A stretch of DNA of 64,000 bases from positions 18,560,948 through 18,624,947 of the forward strand of contig OZ316891.1 of assembly GCA_973895155.1 (NCBI GenBank), in the 5' to 3' direction. The notes below the pieces were generated by a model that was given only the letters and a program-made list of their open reading frames with translations, was not told where the DNA came from and did no database searches. The translations under genes and the position numbers were made by a program. Of this stretch, positions 62,367-64,000 are shown piece by piece. The number at the start of each line of letters is the position of its first letter. Positions within the stretch are counted from its first letter, which is position 1. Source of the DNA: Marsupella aquatica (Eukaryota; Plantae; Marchantiophyta).

Positions 62367-63416
62367 CCTTGGGCCCTCAACCTCGCCCTCAACGTTACTA
62401 ATACATGAAGGACATGCGAACAATGCAAGGGTATTTTTAATGTAATGCAAACAAATTTTTGTAATAGTTTTTACTTAAAGTAGGCAACATCCCTGTATAT
62501 ACATTTGACACAATATTAGTAATAAGGCTCTTATCAAGCACATGTCACATTAATCTTGTGCAAGGTACCCAAAATGCCAAGTACACGCGTCACTATATGG
62601 TTGGCACCCATGTCATCACTTCATTTGCACACGTGTCCATATAGTAAATCAGACATTTACTTATTTGTTGTCTTAAGGCAGATTTGGTTTCGTGGGCCCC
62701 CTCATGGTGGGACAAATGGGTTTGGGTAGACATGTTTACCCGCTTGTTTAGGAGTTCAGTCAGGAGTTGAGTAAATTTTGGGCCAGGATCTTTGGGTCCA
62801 ACTTGGTTGGGGTTCTGGGATTGATGGGGATCCATGGATCAATCCCACATGGACAAACAAGATTATTTTTGAATTCCCTTGAATCAAACAACCAGGTATG
62901 AGGCCAGATGTGTTTGTGTGTGGGGGTGGAGGGGGGTTATTGGGTGTTCAAACAATGTTTGTTCTAGTTGGTTTAGACTTTGGAGTATTATTCCTGGATT
63001 ATACATATAGTACTAATGAAACTAGAAGTTCATAGGCACTTTTGCAAACATTGAGAGGAGAATGCATGCATCTTTGTATACTATGGGAAGAACTATAATT
63101 TTCCGGTACTAATTTTGTTCATAGATCTATATGAAATATATGTACCCTGAACATCCGGTGTAACATACAAGTCCCCTAAGCAAAATGAAGTCTTATCTAT
63201 TTACAGTATGATAGTTGTAATTTTAAAAATTAAGGGTGTTTTCAATTCCTTGAAAAACTCTATTATAATTTACAAAAGGATAAAATTTAATAGGAAAAGT
63301 TAATATTTTTATATTAACAAGGGAATTTTTTTGTGAACAAAAATAGTAAGAAGGGGTACACGGGGGTGCCTATTCTCATGGGGTTCACTTAATATAGTAA
63401 GAGTGAGGGCCTAGGG
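62367..63416. mobile_element. Non-autonomous TIR element, inverted homolog of 21463-22500
   Basis: Ends CCTTGGGCCCT / AGGGCCTAGGG and 8-bp TSD TTTGCAAT/CTTGCAAT. The internal sequence is homologous throughout. Confidence 0.9.
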
Positions 63417-64000
63417 CTTGCAATGCAATGAGAGTATTCCTACTAGTACACGGTATGCTCCTATGTTCCAAGTGCAATGGTGGAGGCCTAAACATGGTAA
63501 ACATGATGCACCGGATCATGTGCAATATTCACGTTGCTTTCAGACCACTAAGACTTGGGAGGTGGATCCTGGGTTTGACAGTGCCATTGAACGTTGGTAA
63601 TTTGCTAATTCTGCTATTAATGTATGGATTCAAGTCACGCTCTAGAGAAGAAAATGTAATTGAGTTTGGTAAAGAGAAAGAGTTGGAGACTCTTTCTCTA
63701 GAGAACCCGATAAATTTATCGGAATTACAATTCCAGTTCGAGTAACATCTATGTAAGATTGACTTGTCATTTGGTGGCAATGTCCTGACCCGAGCGGATT
63801 GCGATAAATTTATCGCATTTTGCATTCCTCAGTTGCATTCCTTTGAAGAATTGAATATGTTTGAAGAACATCAAATAGAATTATAGGAGTGAGCAATCAT
63901 TCCATATACTATATTCAAGGTCCGATAAATTTATCAGAGTCTTCATTCCTTTGACGGATTAAGGATTATTTGAGTCGACTCCGATAAATTTATCGGAGTC

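Larger units (their letters stand above)
61310..63690 (+). pseudogene. Third DUF7869 transposase remnant (C-terminal part only)
   Basis: VKYWEMVVQV, FWPKTNHETGY, DIQEGHFVFLHPEDEW and FQVQWWRP..WEVDPGF parallel IEYWENVIRV, FWPRTNHGTGY, DIKKDTFVILHPTDEF and FEVEWWRP..WEVDPNY at 47.3-47.9 kb. Confidence 0.75.
60529..64000. repeat. Long inverted repeat, 60529-60841 vs 63688-64000 (extends beyond the window)
   Basis: 313 bp of near-identical reverse complement. ORFs 60704+ and 63825- share the same N-terminus. Confidence 0.92.

Overview
Intron-containing, TE-dominated plant DNA. The repertoire suggests a bryophyte, probably a liverwort, but that is inference. Bases 1-50 kb form a nest of mobile elements, most with readable ends and TSDs. 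(1) An old outer DNA transposon (left end outside the window, right end near 50 kb) has a + strand DUF7869-type D-D-D transposase and a divergent - strand cargo of ParB/Srx-like, degenerate MTase-like, ubiquitin-like, Ulp1 and FCP1-like domains. (2) A truncated Ty3/gypsy element whose 4.46-kb LTR itself contains a 556-aa ORF. (3) A 16.9-kb EnSpm/CACTA element with CACAA ends that carries a SET domain and holds a 4.7-kb ORF-bearing solo LTR. (4) A TGTC...GACA insertion, into which the innermost element (5) has inserted. Element 5 is an 8.1-kb TIR transposon with a 4-bp TSD that encodes a DUF7869 transposase and a divergent, spliced ParB-like/beta-class N4C/N6A DNA methyltransferase. It is the best candidate for an undescribed system. 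Each DUF7869 element carries its own repeated palindrome. Eight MITEs with TSDs are present. The only host-like gene is a 3-exon SABATH methyltransferase at 56-58 kb. All domain calls come from motif recognition by eye, not from database searches.
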